IMG/VR virus record: IMGVR_UViG_3300014819_000003
Location: 27,276 to 91,275 of that record
DNA length: 64,000 bases
Strand: one strand, 5' to 3'
From: a virus
The notes below the pieces were generated by a model. That model was not told the DNA's origin. It saw nothing but the letters and a program-made list of their open reading frames with translations, and ran no database searches. Positions 1-9,663 of the stretch are shown here, one piece after another. Position 1 is the stretch's first letter. Every line of letters starts with the position of its first letter. Both the position numbers and the translations under genes were made by a program.

Positions 1-1
1 C

Positions 2-172
2 GTTATTGGAACGTCTGATCTATATGGCGTAAACCCAGTTGATGTTTATAAGACTTATATTGGAACTAATAAGATTATTTTTGATGATGATGAAGGTTTG
101 ACAGTAGATGCAGATAAAATCAAGGTATATACCGATACAACATGGACAATTCAGGTAGGTACACCAGTATAA
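2..172 (+). CDS. 3' end of an upstream gene (partial, ...TWTIQVGTPV*)
   Basis: Open frame from window edge to TAA at 170-172. Confidence 0.6.
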   Translation, partial: VIGTSDLYGVNPVDVYKTYIGTNKIIFDDDEGLTVDADKIKVYTDTTWTIQVGTPV

Positions 173-174
173 TC

Positions 175-183
175 TGCTATACT
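175..183 (+). promoter_or_regulatory. Extended -10 promoter TGCTATACT, leaderless start at ATG 191
   Basis: TGn+TATACT, 7 nt before ATG 191; no SD. Confidence 0.6.
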
Positions 184-190
184 TATGGAT

Positions 191-574
191 ATGAGTAGTG
201 GAAAATTGCCAAAAGTTGGTAACGTCAGGCGCAAAGTTATAGAAAAAAACTACGCTTGGGGTCTTTATGTGTACAAAAAGTCCAATGGTAAGTGGTTTAC
301 CGATGGTGAGGGTAGTGTTTTAAATATTCCAGCAATGCGTGGAGACTTATCAAAGATTGCTGAACTCAAGAAGGCTGCCATGTATTATGGCGATGAAGGT
401 GACGGAGAATGTATTTTTGTACCTGGTTTAAGCAGGGTAACAGAAGAACAGTATTCAGAAATGGTAGACAGAATGAAACAAGGTCTTATTCCTAACCTCA
501 ATGATATGGGTGCTGTATACGATGCTCAACAAACCCTAAAGAAACATGGAAGGGATACGTTTGACAGTGAGTGA
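191..574 (+). CDS. Hypothetical phage protein preceding portal
   Basis: ORF 185..574; start moved to ATG 191 on promoter spacing. Confidence 0.7.
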   Translation: MSSGKLPKVGNVRRKVIEKNYAWGLYVYKKSNGKWFTDGEGSVLNIPAMRGDLSKIAELKKAAMYYGDEGDGECIFVPGLSRVTEEQYSEMVDRMKQGLIPNLNDMGAVYDAQQTLKKHGRDTFDSE

Positions 575-2168
575 AAATTTTGAATATATTCAGGCAGGTC
601 TGAATACACAACAAAAAGAACCCAATCAATTTGCAGGATTAGATCCTTTTGCAAAGTCTTGGGATGATCTTAAAGGTTTAAATGGAATTGATAACAACTT
701 CCGTCGTAGAACAACTAGAAATCTTACAAAGGTTGCATCTGAAAGTCCTGCATATTTAGAATCTGCTGGTGCTACGCCAATGGGCGACGGTAGCGGATCA
801 AAACAATTAAATGCTGGCACGGTATATAGAAACGGCTACGGATTATTTGACGTAATTACTCCACCATATAACATGTATGAGTTGGCTAACTTTTATGATA
901 CAAACTTTGCTAACCATGCTGCTATTGATGCTAAGGTAGAAAATGTTGTTGGTTTGGGATACCGTTTTGATATTACAGATCGCACAATGCTTAGTTTTGA
1001 AATGAGTGACGACGAGGGCAAGGTAGATAGAGCAAGAAATAGAATTGAACGAGCAAAAATTATGCTTCGTGACTGGCTTGAAGGTCTTAATGATGATGAC
1101 TCATTTACAACTACAATGGAAAAGGTTTATACAGATCTACAGGCTACAGGTAATGGATTTCTTGAGGTTGGTCGTAAGGTAAATGGCGAGATTGGTTATA
1201 TTGGACATATTCCAGCAACTACAGTTCGTGTTCGTCGTTTAAAAGATGGCTTCTTGCAGATTATTGGAAATAAGATTGTTTACTTCCGTAACTTTGGTGC
1301 AAGAAATGCAAACCCAGTAACTTCGGATCCAAGACCAAATGAGATTATTCATCTTAAGCAATACTCACCACTAAATACATTTTATGGCATTCCAGATATT
1401 CTTTCTGCATTACCTTCTCTAATCGGTGATCAATTAGCATCTCAATATAATATTGATTACTTTGAAAACAAGGCTGTTCCACGCTATGTTATTACAGTAA
1501 AGGGCGCTAAGTTATCTGCTGATGCTGAAGATAAGATGTTTAGATTCTTGCAGACAGGCCTAAAGGCTCAGTCTCATAGAACTCTTTATATTCCACTTCC
1601 AGGCGATAGTGAAAACAATAAAGTTGAATTTAAGATGGAGCCTATCGAAAACGGTATTCAAGAAGGATCATTTAAAGAATATCGTAAGCAAAATCGTGAT
1701 GATATTTTGATTGCTCATCAGGTTCCTATTTCTAAACTTGGTGGCTCTGATTCTGCTGCTATTGCTGCTGCGATTTCTCAGGATCGTACATTTAAAGAGC
1801 AGGTATCACGTCCAGCCCAAAGATACCTAGAAAAGATGATTAATAAGGTTGTTAAAGAAAAAACTGATGTTCTTGAGTTGAAGTTTAACGAACTAACATT
1901 AACAGACGAAATTGCACAGTCTCAGATTTTGGAACGCTATGTTAAGACTCAGGTTATGACTCCTAACGAGGCTCGTGAGAAGTTAGATCTTCCACAACGT
2001 CCAGACGGAGATAGCCCATTTGTTATGAGTCCACGTCAGGCTACTGATGCTAGGGCAGATTTGGCAGGAAATCGACAAAGAGATACCGAAAGAACAAATA
2101 ATAACTCTGATTCTCCATCCACAATTTCAGGAAGAAATCCACAGGGAGAAGGGCGTTCATCCACATAA
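546..2168 (+). CDS. Portal protein
   Basis: 540 aa; GNGFLE, EIIH, YGIP, YFENKAVP, MTPNEARE motifs typical of HK97/PBSX-type portals; precedes protease and capsid. Confidence 0.92.
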   Translation: MEGIRLTVSENFEYIQAGLNTQQKEPNQFAGLDPFAKSWDDLKGLNGIDNNFRRRTTRNLTKVASESPAYLESAGATPMGDGSGSKQLNAGTVYRNGYGLFDVITPPYNMYELANFYDTNFANHAAIDAKVENVVGLGYRFDITDRTMLSFEMSDDEGKVDRARNRIERAKIMLRDWLEGLNDDDSFTTTMEKVYTDLQATGNGFLEVGRKVNGEIGYIGHIPATTVRVRRLKDGFLQIIGNKIVYFRNFGARNANPVTSDPRPNEIIHLKQYSPLNTFYGIPDILSALPSLIGDQLASQYNIDYFENKAVPRYVITVKGAKLSADAEDKMFRFLQTGLKAQSHRTLYIPLPGDSENNKVEFKMEPIENGIQEGSFKEYRKQNRDDILIAHQVPISKLGGSDSAAIAAAISQDRTFKEQVSRPAQRYLEKMINKVVKEKTDVLELKFNELTLTDEIAQSQILERYVKTQVMTPNEAREKLDLPQRPDGDSPFVMSPRQATDARADLAGNRQRDTERTNNNSDSPSTISGRNPQGEGRSST

Positions 2169-2176
2169 TATCCACA
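2117..2176 (+). repeat. Four ATCCACA direct repeats (2117, 2137, 2159, 2170)
   Basis: Read directly; spacings 20, 22, 11 nt; resembles DnaA box core. Confidence 0.55.
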
Positions 2177-2192
2177 TAGTGATATAAACGGA

Positions 2193-2201
2193 TGATATAA
2201 T
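2193..2201 (+). promoter_or_regulatory. Extended -10 promoter TGATATAAT for protease/capsid operon
   Basis: Intergenic TGnTATAAT 9 nt before ATG 2211; no TTGACA. Confidence 0.65.
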
Positions 2202-2210
2202 TAACCTGCA

Positions 2211-3503
2211 ATGATTATAAACAAAGCACACTGGGTTACAGAAGGCGACAGCGTTCGCTTTTCTATGCCCATTGGCAAAATTGATCAGGAACGTCGTATT
2301 GTATCAGGTTTTGCAACATTAGATAACATTGATAAACAAAATGATATTGTAACTACGGAAGCAAGCATGACTGCTTTTAAAAAGTTCCGTGGCAACCTTC
2401 GTGAAATGCATCAACCCAGTGCTGTCGGTAAGGTTGTTTCTTTTAAAGAGGATCGTTACTTTGATCCAGAAACAAAGAAGTTTTATAGTGGAGTTTATGT
2501 TTCTGCATATGTTTCTAAAGGTGCACAAGATACATGGGAAAAAGTTCTTGATGGAACTTTGACTGGTTTTTCAATCGGTGGAAACATCAAAAAGTTTGAT
2601 GATGAGTTTAATGCAGATATGGATAAATCAGTGCGTATAATTAAAGAGTATGAATTGCATGAATTATCACTCGTAGATAATCCTGCTAACCAATTCGCTA
2701 ATGTTATCTCTATTGAAAAAGGACAACTCGGCGGGTATTTGGCAAAAGCAGTAGTTGATACAGTGTATTGGTGCAAACAAGACGATATTGTTCGTCTATC
2801 TCCTGAAGATAAGGAAGCATGTCCTACTTGCGATACTTCAATGTCAAACATTGGTTTTGTTGAGTCGGGCGATGACAATATTGAAACATTAAAGTTCTTA
2901 GTTGATAGTGCAAAAGGCATTAGGACAATTAAGATGACTAAGGAGGATAATCCTATGACAGAAGAAACAGAAGTTGTAGCAGAGGCACCAGCCGAAGCAG
3001 CACCAGTTGTTGAAAATGTTGAGGTTGCTCCAGAGGCTACAGCAGAAGTCGTAGCAGAAGAGGCACCAGCAGTTGCTGAAGAAGCACCTGTTGATACTGA
3101 AATTGTTAAGGCTGATGAAGTTGCTCCTTCAACAGAAGAAGTTGTAGAGAAGAAAGAAGATGTTGTTACAGATATCGCCAAAAATGTAACAGACATTAAA
3201 GACTCTCTAACTAATGCCTTGAGCAGTCTAGCAGAAACCGTTAAGTCACTTCAGGCTAACGTTGATGCAATTACAAAGTCCCTTGAAACCGTTACAGGTG
3301 AAGTTAAGTCTGTAGCAAGTGAGGTTAAAGAAGTAAAGGGTTCTTTCGATGAGTTTGGCAAGCGAGTAGATGCAGTAGAAGCAGATACCGCTTTCCGCAA
3401 GTCTGGCGATCTAGGCGAGATCGTGCAGGAGTTTTCAGAAATGAAGACTCAAAAATCCCTATGGGGCGGACGTTTCCTCACAAATGCCGACCTATTTAAG
3501 TGA
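2211..3503 (+). CDS. Prohead maturation protease fused to acidic/coiled-coil scaffold
   Basis: REMHQ..VG, GFSIGG, ELSLVDNPAN motifs of HK97-type protease; Glu/Ala/Pro-rich linker and coiled-coil C-terminus. Confidence 0.9.
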   Translation: MIINKAHWVTEGDSVRFSMPIGKIDQERRIVSGFATLDNIDKQNDIVTTEASMTAFKKFRGNLREMHQPSAVGKVVSFKEDRYFDPETKKFYSGVYVSAYVSKGAQDTWEKVLDGTLTGFSIGGNIKKFDDEFNADMDKSVRIIKEYELHELSLVDNPANQFANVISIEKGQLGGYLAKAVVDTVYWCKQDDIVRLSPEDKEACPTCDTSMSNIGFVESGDDNIETLKFLVDSAKGIRTIKMTKEDNPMTEETEVVAEAPAEAAPVVENVEVAPEATAEVVAEEAPAVAEEAPVDTEIVKADEVAPSTEEVVEKKEDVVTDIAKNVTDIKDSLTNALSSLAETVKSLQANVDAITKSLETVTGEVKSVASEVKEVKGSFDEFGKRVDAVEADTAFRKSGDLGEIVQEFSEMKTQKSLWGGRFLTNADLFK

Positions 3504-3529
3504 ACATAAACCAAATGGAGGTGAACAAT

Positions 3530-4648
3530 ATGTCGGAACAAGAACAATTAATTAAGGCTGCTGAAGCGGGTGCTTTCGTATCTGGCGGGATTGGTGGCGC
3601 AACTGCTACTGATCGTGACAGCAACGTATCTCCTGCTACTTCTCTTGGTAACGTTACTGGCGGAACTTTCGGTTCAATTACTGGACCTAACGCAGTAAAC
3701 CCAACAGGAAGTAACAGTGGTATTCTAAACCCTGAGCAGGCTCGCCGCTTTATCGACTACGTGTGGGATGCAACAGTTCTCGCCAAGGATGGTCGTAGAG
3801 TTACAATGCGAGCAAACACCATGGAAATCGAAAAGGTTAACGTGGGTGAGCGTGTAATCCGTGCTGCTGCACAAGCAGATGACGCATACACAAACGCAGG
3901 CGCAACATTTACAAAAGTAGAACTAACAACCAAAAAGATTCGTCTTGACTGGGAAGTTTCTACTGAGTCTCTAGAAGACAATATTGAAGGAGCGGCTCTT
4001 GAAGACCGTCTCGTTCGCTTGATGACCAATGCATTCGCAAATGACATTGAAGATCTAGCGATTAACGGTGATGGTGCTACAGGCAACTTCCTCTCAATCA
4101 TGTCTGGCTTTATTAAGCAAACTCGTGGTACAGTAGGCAACGCTGCTCATGAAGCAGATGTTACCGTATCTAACAACGAGTGGACTCCACAAGTAATGCA
4201 GGATATCATTCTTGCAATGCCACGTAAGTATCGTGCACTTAAGAGCAATCTTAAGTTCTATGCAGGTACTGACGCATTCCAGGGTATCGTTAAGAATAAC
4301 GGTACACTCGCTGATGCTATTGCTGAAGCGATTGCTGGACAAACACCAGGTAGCACACAGGCTAACCGTCAAGCATATCTTGATGGTCTAGGACAGACAT
4401 TCGGTGGTTCTCGTACCACCCGTGTTCTTGGAGTGGATGTACTTGAGGTTCCTTACTATCCAGCAGGATATGTAGATCTCACATTCCCTGAGAACCGTGT
4501 CTGGGGCTTCCAGCGTGATATCACGGTAAACCGTGAATACAAGCCAAAGAAGGATACTGTAGAATATACAGTTTTCGTTCGCTTTGGTATTGCATGGGAA
4601 GAGTTGGATGCAGTTGCTTATGGCGACGCAGACAGCGCAGATTCCTAA
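3530..4648 (+). CDS. Major capsid protein (HK97 fold)
   Basis: SD GGAGGTG before ATG 3530; GILNPEQARRF, LEDNIEG, AINGDG motifs; biased codon usage; followed by terminator. Confidence 0.92.
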   Translation: MSEQEQLIKAAEAGAFVSGGIGGATATDRDSNVSPATSLGNVTGGTFGSITGPNAVNPTGSNSGILNPEQARRFIDYVWDATVLAKDGRRVTMRANTMEIEKVNVGERVIRAAAQADDAYTNAGATFTKVELTTKKIRLDWEVSTESLEDNIEGAALEDRLVRLMTNAFANDIEDLAINGDGATGNFLSIMSGFIKQTRGTVGNAAHEADVTVSNNEWTPQVMQDIILAMPRKYRALKSNLKFYAGTDAFQGIVKNNGTLADAIAEAIAGQTPGSTQANRQAYLDGLGQTFGGSRTTRVLGVDVLEVPYYPAGYVDLTFPENRVWGFQRDITVNREYKPKKDTVEYTVFVRFGIAWEELDAVAYGDADSADS

Positions 4649-4666
4649 AATTAAATAAGCAGTATT

Positions 4667-4698
4667 AAGAGGGAGCGGAATAAACCCCGCTCCCTTTT
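4667..4698 (+). terminator. Intrinsic terminator after major capsid gene
   Basis: GGGAGCGG/CCGCTCCC stem followed by TTTT. Confidence 0.85.
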
Positions 4699-4732
4699 AG
4701 CATCTCTGGTATAATGACAGTGGAGGAATAAT

Positions 4733-5065
4733 ATGTTAAATGTAGAAGATTTAAAAACAAAAAGCGTATTTGAAATTAAATCATTTGCAAAGAAAAATAA
4801 TATTGATCTCAAAGATGCAAGAACAAAAATAGAAATGTTAAATATTTTAGAGGGTAAAGAAGTAGTACAAATAGCCAAAAAAAAGGTGCCAGAAAAAGTT
4901 GCTATTTACTCAGAACGAAACAAGCATAATAGCGATAAAAAAATTGGCTCACTCAAAGTTGGTTATAATATAGTTAGTAAGGAGGCAGCCGACTGGTGGC
5001 TTTCTCGCAAGGGAGTTAGACTAGCAACGCCCCAAGAGTTAGCAAAACACTACGGTATAGACTAA
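4733..5065 (+). CDS. Small basic protein with N-terminal helix-extension-helix (Rho-N/SAP-like) motif
   Basis: LKTKSVFEIKSFAKKNNIDL..RTKIEML pattern; own TGGTATAAT (4707-4715) and SD GGAGG. Confidence 0.55.
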   Translation: MLNVEDLKTKSVFEIKSFAKKNNIDLKDARTKIEMLNILEGKEVVQIAKKKVPEKVAIYSERNKHNSDKKIGSLKVGYNIVSKEAADWWLSRKGVRLATPQELAKHYGID

Positions 5066-6036
5066 TGGAGATTTTAAGGATTCCCCCATATCCACTTGAA
5101 ATTGAGTATACAGTGCCGACAGCAAGCACATCATATTTTCTTGTTATAGAAAGTAATGATAGAAATGAAGAATTGGTAGATGTAGCGGTTACATCAAACT
5201 CAAGTTCTGTGGTTTCTTATACTCTATCTGACACTCTTGCAAAGTATGATGAGCACTACGCCCTAACAATTTATGAAAAAAATGGTGCTAATCGTGGAGA
5301 TATTGTTGTTGAAGATAATTTAGAGATAGTAAGACCATATGTTGATCCAAATACACTTGCAACTACTGCCACAGAAATAGCACAATATAGAGAATATGAG
5401 GCTTTGGCTCGTCAAATTATTGATGCCTATGTTCCAGATGGATTTTATTTTACAACAGAATGGCTACAGGTAGTAGGACAAGGCACAGATTATATGCCTA
5501 TTTGGATGCGTGGATATAAGGTTCTTAAGGTGTATGAAAATGCTGAGAAGGTTTGGGATGTTGATGACGCTGATGGTCCAGCCCTTGACGAATATGACTA
5601 TAGCATTACAAAAGATAAAACAGCAATTATTAAAGATCCAGTCGCTGGTGTAGATAACTGGAATAGAGATGAGCGCAAACCAGCAAGAACTGCTATGGCA
5701 GCATCAGACTCATTTGATTGGTATGATACTGGAGATAGTGCAAATATTCAAACCTTCAAGGGTGGAGTAAGTTTTCCAGAAGGTGCAGACTATATGTTTT
5801 ATATTGAGGCAGGGTATAAAGTAGTTCCTAACGATATTAAAGATGCAACTAATATGCTTATTGAAGATATCAAGTGTGGAAAGTTAGATTATTATAAACG
5901 ATATGTTGATAACTATAGAACAGATCAGTTTAGTATAAAGTATAACCCTATGATGCTAGAGGGCACTGGAAATCTTTTAGTAGATAAAATTTTAGATAAA
6001 TATGTAAATGTGGTAACTCGTCCTGGAGTATTATAA
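5065..6036 (+). CDS. Head-to-tail adaptor/connector
   Basis: Position; ARQIIDAY, AGYKVVPNDIKDAT, TGNLLVDKILDKY patterns typical of adaptors. Confidence 0.7.
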   Translation: MEILRIPPYPLEIEYTVPTASTSYFLVIESNDRNEELVDVAVTSNSSSVVSYTLSDTLAKYDEHYALTIYEKNGANRGDIVVEDNLEIVRPYVDPNTLATTATEIAQYREYEALARQIIDAYVPDGFYFTTEWLQVVGQGTDYMPIWMRGYKVLKVYENAEKVWDVDDADGPALDEYDYSITKDKTAIIKDPVAGVDNWNRDERKPARTAMAASDSFDWYDTGDSANIQTFKGGVSFPEGADYMFYIEAGYKVVPNDIKDATNMLIEDIKCGKLDYYKRYVDNYRTDQFSIKYNPMMLEGTGNLLVDKILDKYVNVVTRPGVL

Positions 6037-6485
6037 TGGTGATCTGCGAAGATACCGACTTTATTTATCCTATGAAGGCTGATGTTTATTATCCTATAAT
6101 TACTCAAGGCGATTATGGACAACCAAAAAAACAATGGGTTCTTGATAGAACAATAGCCTGTAATGCAACATCAGTAGGCGGTGCTGGTGAAGAAAATATT
6201 AAACCAGAAGTTTTTCTTCAATATGAAAATAAGTTAGTTGCTAGAACAAAAGCAGATCCAAGAATTTCTTCTCAAAAAGGAACAAACGCTATATCAAATA
6301 TTCTAATAACAAATGTTAGACATGCTAATGATGAAATTATATATAAAGAAACCGCAGGAGTTCGTGCTGGTAAGTCAACAATATTTGAAATTGCTACAGT
6401 AGAGCCATATGTTGGTCCTTTTAATACAGTAGAATATTATAAAATGTTGTGGCGTAGAGCAGAAAACCAGAATGTTGGTGACTAA
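6036..6485 (+). CDS. Head closure/stopper protein
   Basis: 149 aa beta-rich, GDYGQP motif, synteny. Confidence 0.6.
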   Translation: MVICEDTDFIYPMKADVYYPIITQGDYGQPKKQWVLDRTIACNATSVGGAGEENIKPEVFLQYENKLVARTKADPRISSQKGTNAISNILITNVRHANDEIIYKETAGVRAGKSTIFEIATVEPYVGPFNTVEYYKMLWRRAENQNVGD

Positions 6486-7162
6486 TGATAGTCTCTTTCG
6501 ACTTTAAAAAGTTTCAAAAAACAATGAATAATGTTGTTGATTATTCGTATGGATTTATTGATGGCATTGAAAAAGGTAAACCTAAGTTTTTAGAAAAATT
6601 AGGCAGGGAAGTTATAGTAGCACTAGGCCAATATATAGACCTCAATGCCAGGGCAAATCCTTCAGCAATGCACCATGTATACGAGTGGTATAGAACTGGA
6701 AGTCCAGCATCAAGACTATTTGATATAGATTTTGTAGTTAATAAGAATGGCCTTGTTTTATTTTCAAATTTTAAACAATCAAGGTCTATGTCTGCAGATG
6801 CAACTACGCCATTTTTTAATAAAGCAAAAATAATGGAACAAGGTAGAACAGTAGTAATAAAACCTAAAAGTGGATCAGTTCTTGCCTTTGAAGATGGTGG
6901 ACAAACAATATTTACAAAAAAACCAATTACAGTTAGAAGTCCTGGAGGAGACGAAGTTCAGGGATCTTATGAAAAGGTTTTTGATGAATTTATGGTTAGA
7001 TATTTTAAACAGTCATTTATTCGTGCTTCTGGTCTTTATGATTATATTAAAAAACCAACGGCATTTAAAAAGAATATTCGTGCTGGAGCAAAAGTAGGTA
7101 GATCAAAAGGCGTTAGTACTGGTTTTAGTTGGATAGCAGATGCAAGAATTGGGGTAGAATAG
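6485..7162 (+). CDS. Neck/tail completion protein
   Basis: Synteny between stopper and tail terminator. Confidence 0.5.
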   Translation: MIVSFDFKKFQKTMNNVVDYSYGFIDGIEKGKPKFLEKLGREVIVALGQYIDLNARANPSAMHHVYEWYRTGSPASRLFDIDFVVNKNGLVLFSNFKQSRSMSADATTPFFNKAKIMEQGRTVVIKPKSGSVLAFEDGGQTIFTKKPITVRSPGGDEVQGSYEKVFDEFMVRYFKQSFIRASGLYDYIKKPTAFKKNIRAGAKVGRSKGVSTGFSWIADARIGVE

Positions 7163-7166
7163 AACA

Positions 7167-7745
7167 ATGGCAGATAATGTAAAAACAACTGGATACCCTC
7201 CACTTTTTCTTAATGCATATATAAATGCACAATTAGAAAGATTTGGTCTTATTGCAGAAAGCCAAACAATGCTTCCTCCGCCATTTATTCCAGCAAGCGT
7301 TCCAACAAATATAGAAGATTTATATAATGATCAGATTCAAATTCGTGGAACTGAAAAGCCAATCCTAATAATGTATGATCGTCTAACTAGATTTAGGCCT
7401 ACTCCGTTTTATAGACATAAAAGAGAGCAGTTGATATATTTTATATATACTGCTCAAGATGAAACTCTTCTAAATATAATGAGAGTAATAACTGAGGCTT
7501 TAGATCGTGAAGATGCTGCAGCACAAGACATTAATTCTTGGCTAAAGTCAAACCCATTAGCCTATGCCCCAACAAATGTATTTTTTCACAATGTTAGGGT
7601 TTATCAGGCTGACGAAAGCAGGGATGTAGTAGAACTAGCCTCTGCCAAGACCTTATTTGTTAATAAGATCATAATTGAATATGACTACCACACAAACGAT
7701 ACAATAACCATAGGTAGCACGTCCTATACTAATATCTATACCTAA
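7167..7745 (+). CDS. Tail terminator-like protein
   Basis: Immediately upstream of tail tube; leaderless (TAGAAT-N6-ATG). Confidence 0.5.
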   Translation: MADNVKTTGYPPLFLNAYINAQLERFGLIAESQTMLPPPFIPASVPTNIEDLYNDQIQIRGTEKPILIMYDRLTRFRPTPFYRHKREQLIYFIYTAQDETLLNIMRVITEALDREDAAAQDINSWLKSNPLAYAPTNVFFHNVRVYQADESRDVVELASAKTLFVNKIIIEYDYHTNDTITIGSTSYTNIYT

Positions 7746-7816
7746 AAAATACTGTTATACTTAGTAACGAGGAAACACGCCCACTTATTCAACAAGGAAA
7801 AAAGAGGTGAAACAAT

Positions 7817-8458
7817 ATGCCAGCATATACCCGTGGTACGTCTAACAACATCATCGTAGGTGCCGCAGCGTTCTTTATCTGCGATACTACTTTGGATGCT
7901 GACGTTTTTTCAGATTATCCATTTGTAAGCACAGAGTCGTATAAATCAACTTTGTCTGCAAGTTCTTTCTGGACAAACGTTGGTTACACAATGAACGGTC
8001 TTGAGATGCAATTCCAGCCTGACTTCGGTGAGGTTGCAGTTGACCAAGTACTCGATGTTGCTAAACTTTACAAGCAAGGTATGCAGGTAAACGTTGCTAC
8101 AGCATTTGCTGAAGCAACTCTTGAGAATCTACTCTATGCTCTTGCATTCGCAGATGATCAACTCACTGGTACAAAGTCAACTTCCGCAGGCCGCCGTCTG
8201 AATCTTTCAGCAGGCGAACTCGGAGAGTGCCCAGTAGAGCGTGGTATCGCAGCCGTCGGTCCTGGTACTGGTGACTGTGATTCATCTGGTAACGTAGAAC
8301 GTGTCTATGTCGGATACCGTGCGCTTTCAATTGAAAACGTAACTGTTTCGGCAAAGCGTGATGAACCTTCAATGTTTGAAGTTTCATTCCGTCTACTTCC
8401 AGAAGATGCATCTGGCGCATATGGTAAGATCGTAGATCGTACTCATACCGCATCATAA
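7817..8458 (+). CDS. Major tail (tube) protein
   Basis: NIIVGAA, VGYTMNGL, EATLENL, VSFRLLP motifs; promoter TGTTATACT 7753-7761, SD GAGGTG, terminator downstream. Confidence 0.85.
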   Translation: MPAYTRGTSNNIIVGAAAFFICDTTLDADVFSDYPFVSTESYKSTLSASSFWTNVGYTMNGLEMQFQPDFGEVAVDQVLDVAKLYKQGMQVNVATAFAEATLENLLYALAFADDQLTGTKSTSAGRRLNLSAGELGECPVERGIAAVGPGTGDCDSSGNVERVYVGYRALSIENVTVSAKRDEPSMFEVSFRLLPEDASGAYGKIVDRTHTAS

Positions 8459-8477
8459 TCTTAAAATAAGATTAATA

Positions 8478-8515
8478 ACAGCCCACTCCCTAATATGGGG
8501 GTGGGTTTGTTGTTT
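8478..8515 (+). terminator. Intrinsic terminator after tail tube gene
   Basis: AGCCCACTCC/GGGGTGGGTT stem plus T-rich tail. Confidence 0.75.
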
Positions 8516-8532
8516 ATGGTAAAATGGTTTAA

Positions 8533-9258
8533 ATGGCTACTGAGATATATAAAATAGAAAAAATAAACTTGGTTGATGGAACAGAACTTGAAATAGTTCC
8601 ATTAAAAATTAAATACCTAAGAGAGTTTATGACAACATTTGATGCCATACGTGTAACAAAAAATGATCAAGAAGCAATATTAGTATTATCAGAATGTGTT
8701 AGAGTATGTATGAAACAATATCATCCATCTATATCTAAAACAATAGAAGATATTGAAGAAAATCTTGATCTTCCAACAGTATATAAAATATTAAATGTTG
8801 CTGCTGGCATTAAGGTGGATAAAAAATCAGAAGAGCCTGTAAAAGATCAAGCAACTAATAGTGGTCCAACCTGGGAAACATTAGACTTAGCAAATTTAGA
8901 ATCTGAGGTATTTTTGCTCGGTATTTGGAAAGACTATGATGAATTAGAAACTTCTATGTCTATGCCAGAACTTATGGCTACCATTTCAAGTAAGCGTGAA
9001 CTAGATTATGAAGAAAAGAAGTTCTTGGCAGCAATTCAGGGAGTAGACCTAGATGCTAACTCTAAGTCATCAGATGGCAAACAGCGAGGGCAGCAAGAAT
9101 GGGAAGACCTTAAAGCAAGAGTATTTAGTGGTGGTAAGGCAAGAGATGGAAATGACATTCTTGCACTTCAAGGACCTGCTGCTGAAAAGGCAGGGTTTGG
9201 TATTGGTATGGGTCTAGATTATGATGACCTACGTGATCCTTCAATAATGAAAAATTAA
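8533..9258 (+). CDS. Tail assembly chaperone, long (GT-like) form
   Basis: N-terminal ~110 aa paralogous to 9309..9638, plus C-terminal extension (WKDYDELETSMSMPEL); between tube and TMP. Confidence 0.75.
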   Translation: MATEIYKIEKINLVDGTELEIVPLKIKYLREFMTTFDAIRVTKNDQEAILVLSECVRVCMKQYHPSISKTIEDIEENLDLPTVYKILNVAAGIKVDKKSEEPVKDQATNSGPTWETLDLANLESEVFLLGIWKDYDELETSMSMPELMATISSKRELDYEEKKFLAAIQGVDLDANSKSSDGKQRGQQEWEDLKARVFSGGKARDGNDILALQGPAAEKAGFGIGMGLDYDDLRDPSIMKN

Positions 9259-9308
9259 AAAATAAGCGTTTTGTGCTATAATTACATTTAGCCTATATAG
9301 GAGGATAA

Positions 9309-9638
9309 ATGGCAACAACAACGTATGAGAGCCAAGAACTTTCCCTTATGGATGGTACGAAAATCACAGTGAGACCATTAAAAATCTCATTGCTTCGTCC
9401 TTTCATGACTAAGTTCGAAAAAGTGGCAGCGGTGGCAGACGATAACGAAAAGTCAATGACTCTTCTTGTCGAATGTGTGGAAATTGCTATGAAGCAGTTC
9501 AATCCAGAACTCGCTGATGTTAAGAAACTTGAGGAAGTTCTAGACCTTCCAACAGTTTATAAGATCATTGAGGCTGCTTCGGGGGTCAAACTCCAAGACG
9601 CATCTGCTTTGCTAAATGCAGCACTTGCAACAAACTAA
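9309..9638 (+). CDS. Tail assembly chaperone, short (G-like) form
   Basis: Directly before TMP; promoter TGCTATAAT 9274-9282 and SD GGAGG. Confidence 0.75.
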   Translation: MATTTYESQELSLMDGTKITVRPLKISLLRPFMTKFEKVAAVADDNEKSMTLLVECVEIAMKQFNPELADVKKLEEVLDLPTVYKIIEAASGVKLQDASALLNAALATN

Positions 9639-9663
9639 ATAAGAATAGTGAGAGGTGTCATAA

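Noticed and set aside
2495-3196. 233-aa minus-strand ORF
   Set aside because: Antisense shadow of the Glu/Ala/Val-rich scaffold; low-complexity Ser/Thr/Ala product
8456-8474. AT-rich inverted repeat over the tail tube stop codon (similar one at 41925-41943)
   Set aside because: Weak A/T stems are expected by chance in this base composition; adjacent GC terminators already explain the 3' ends
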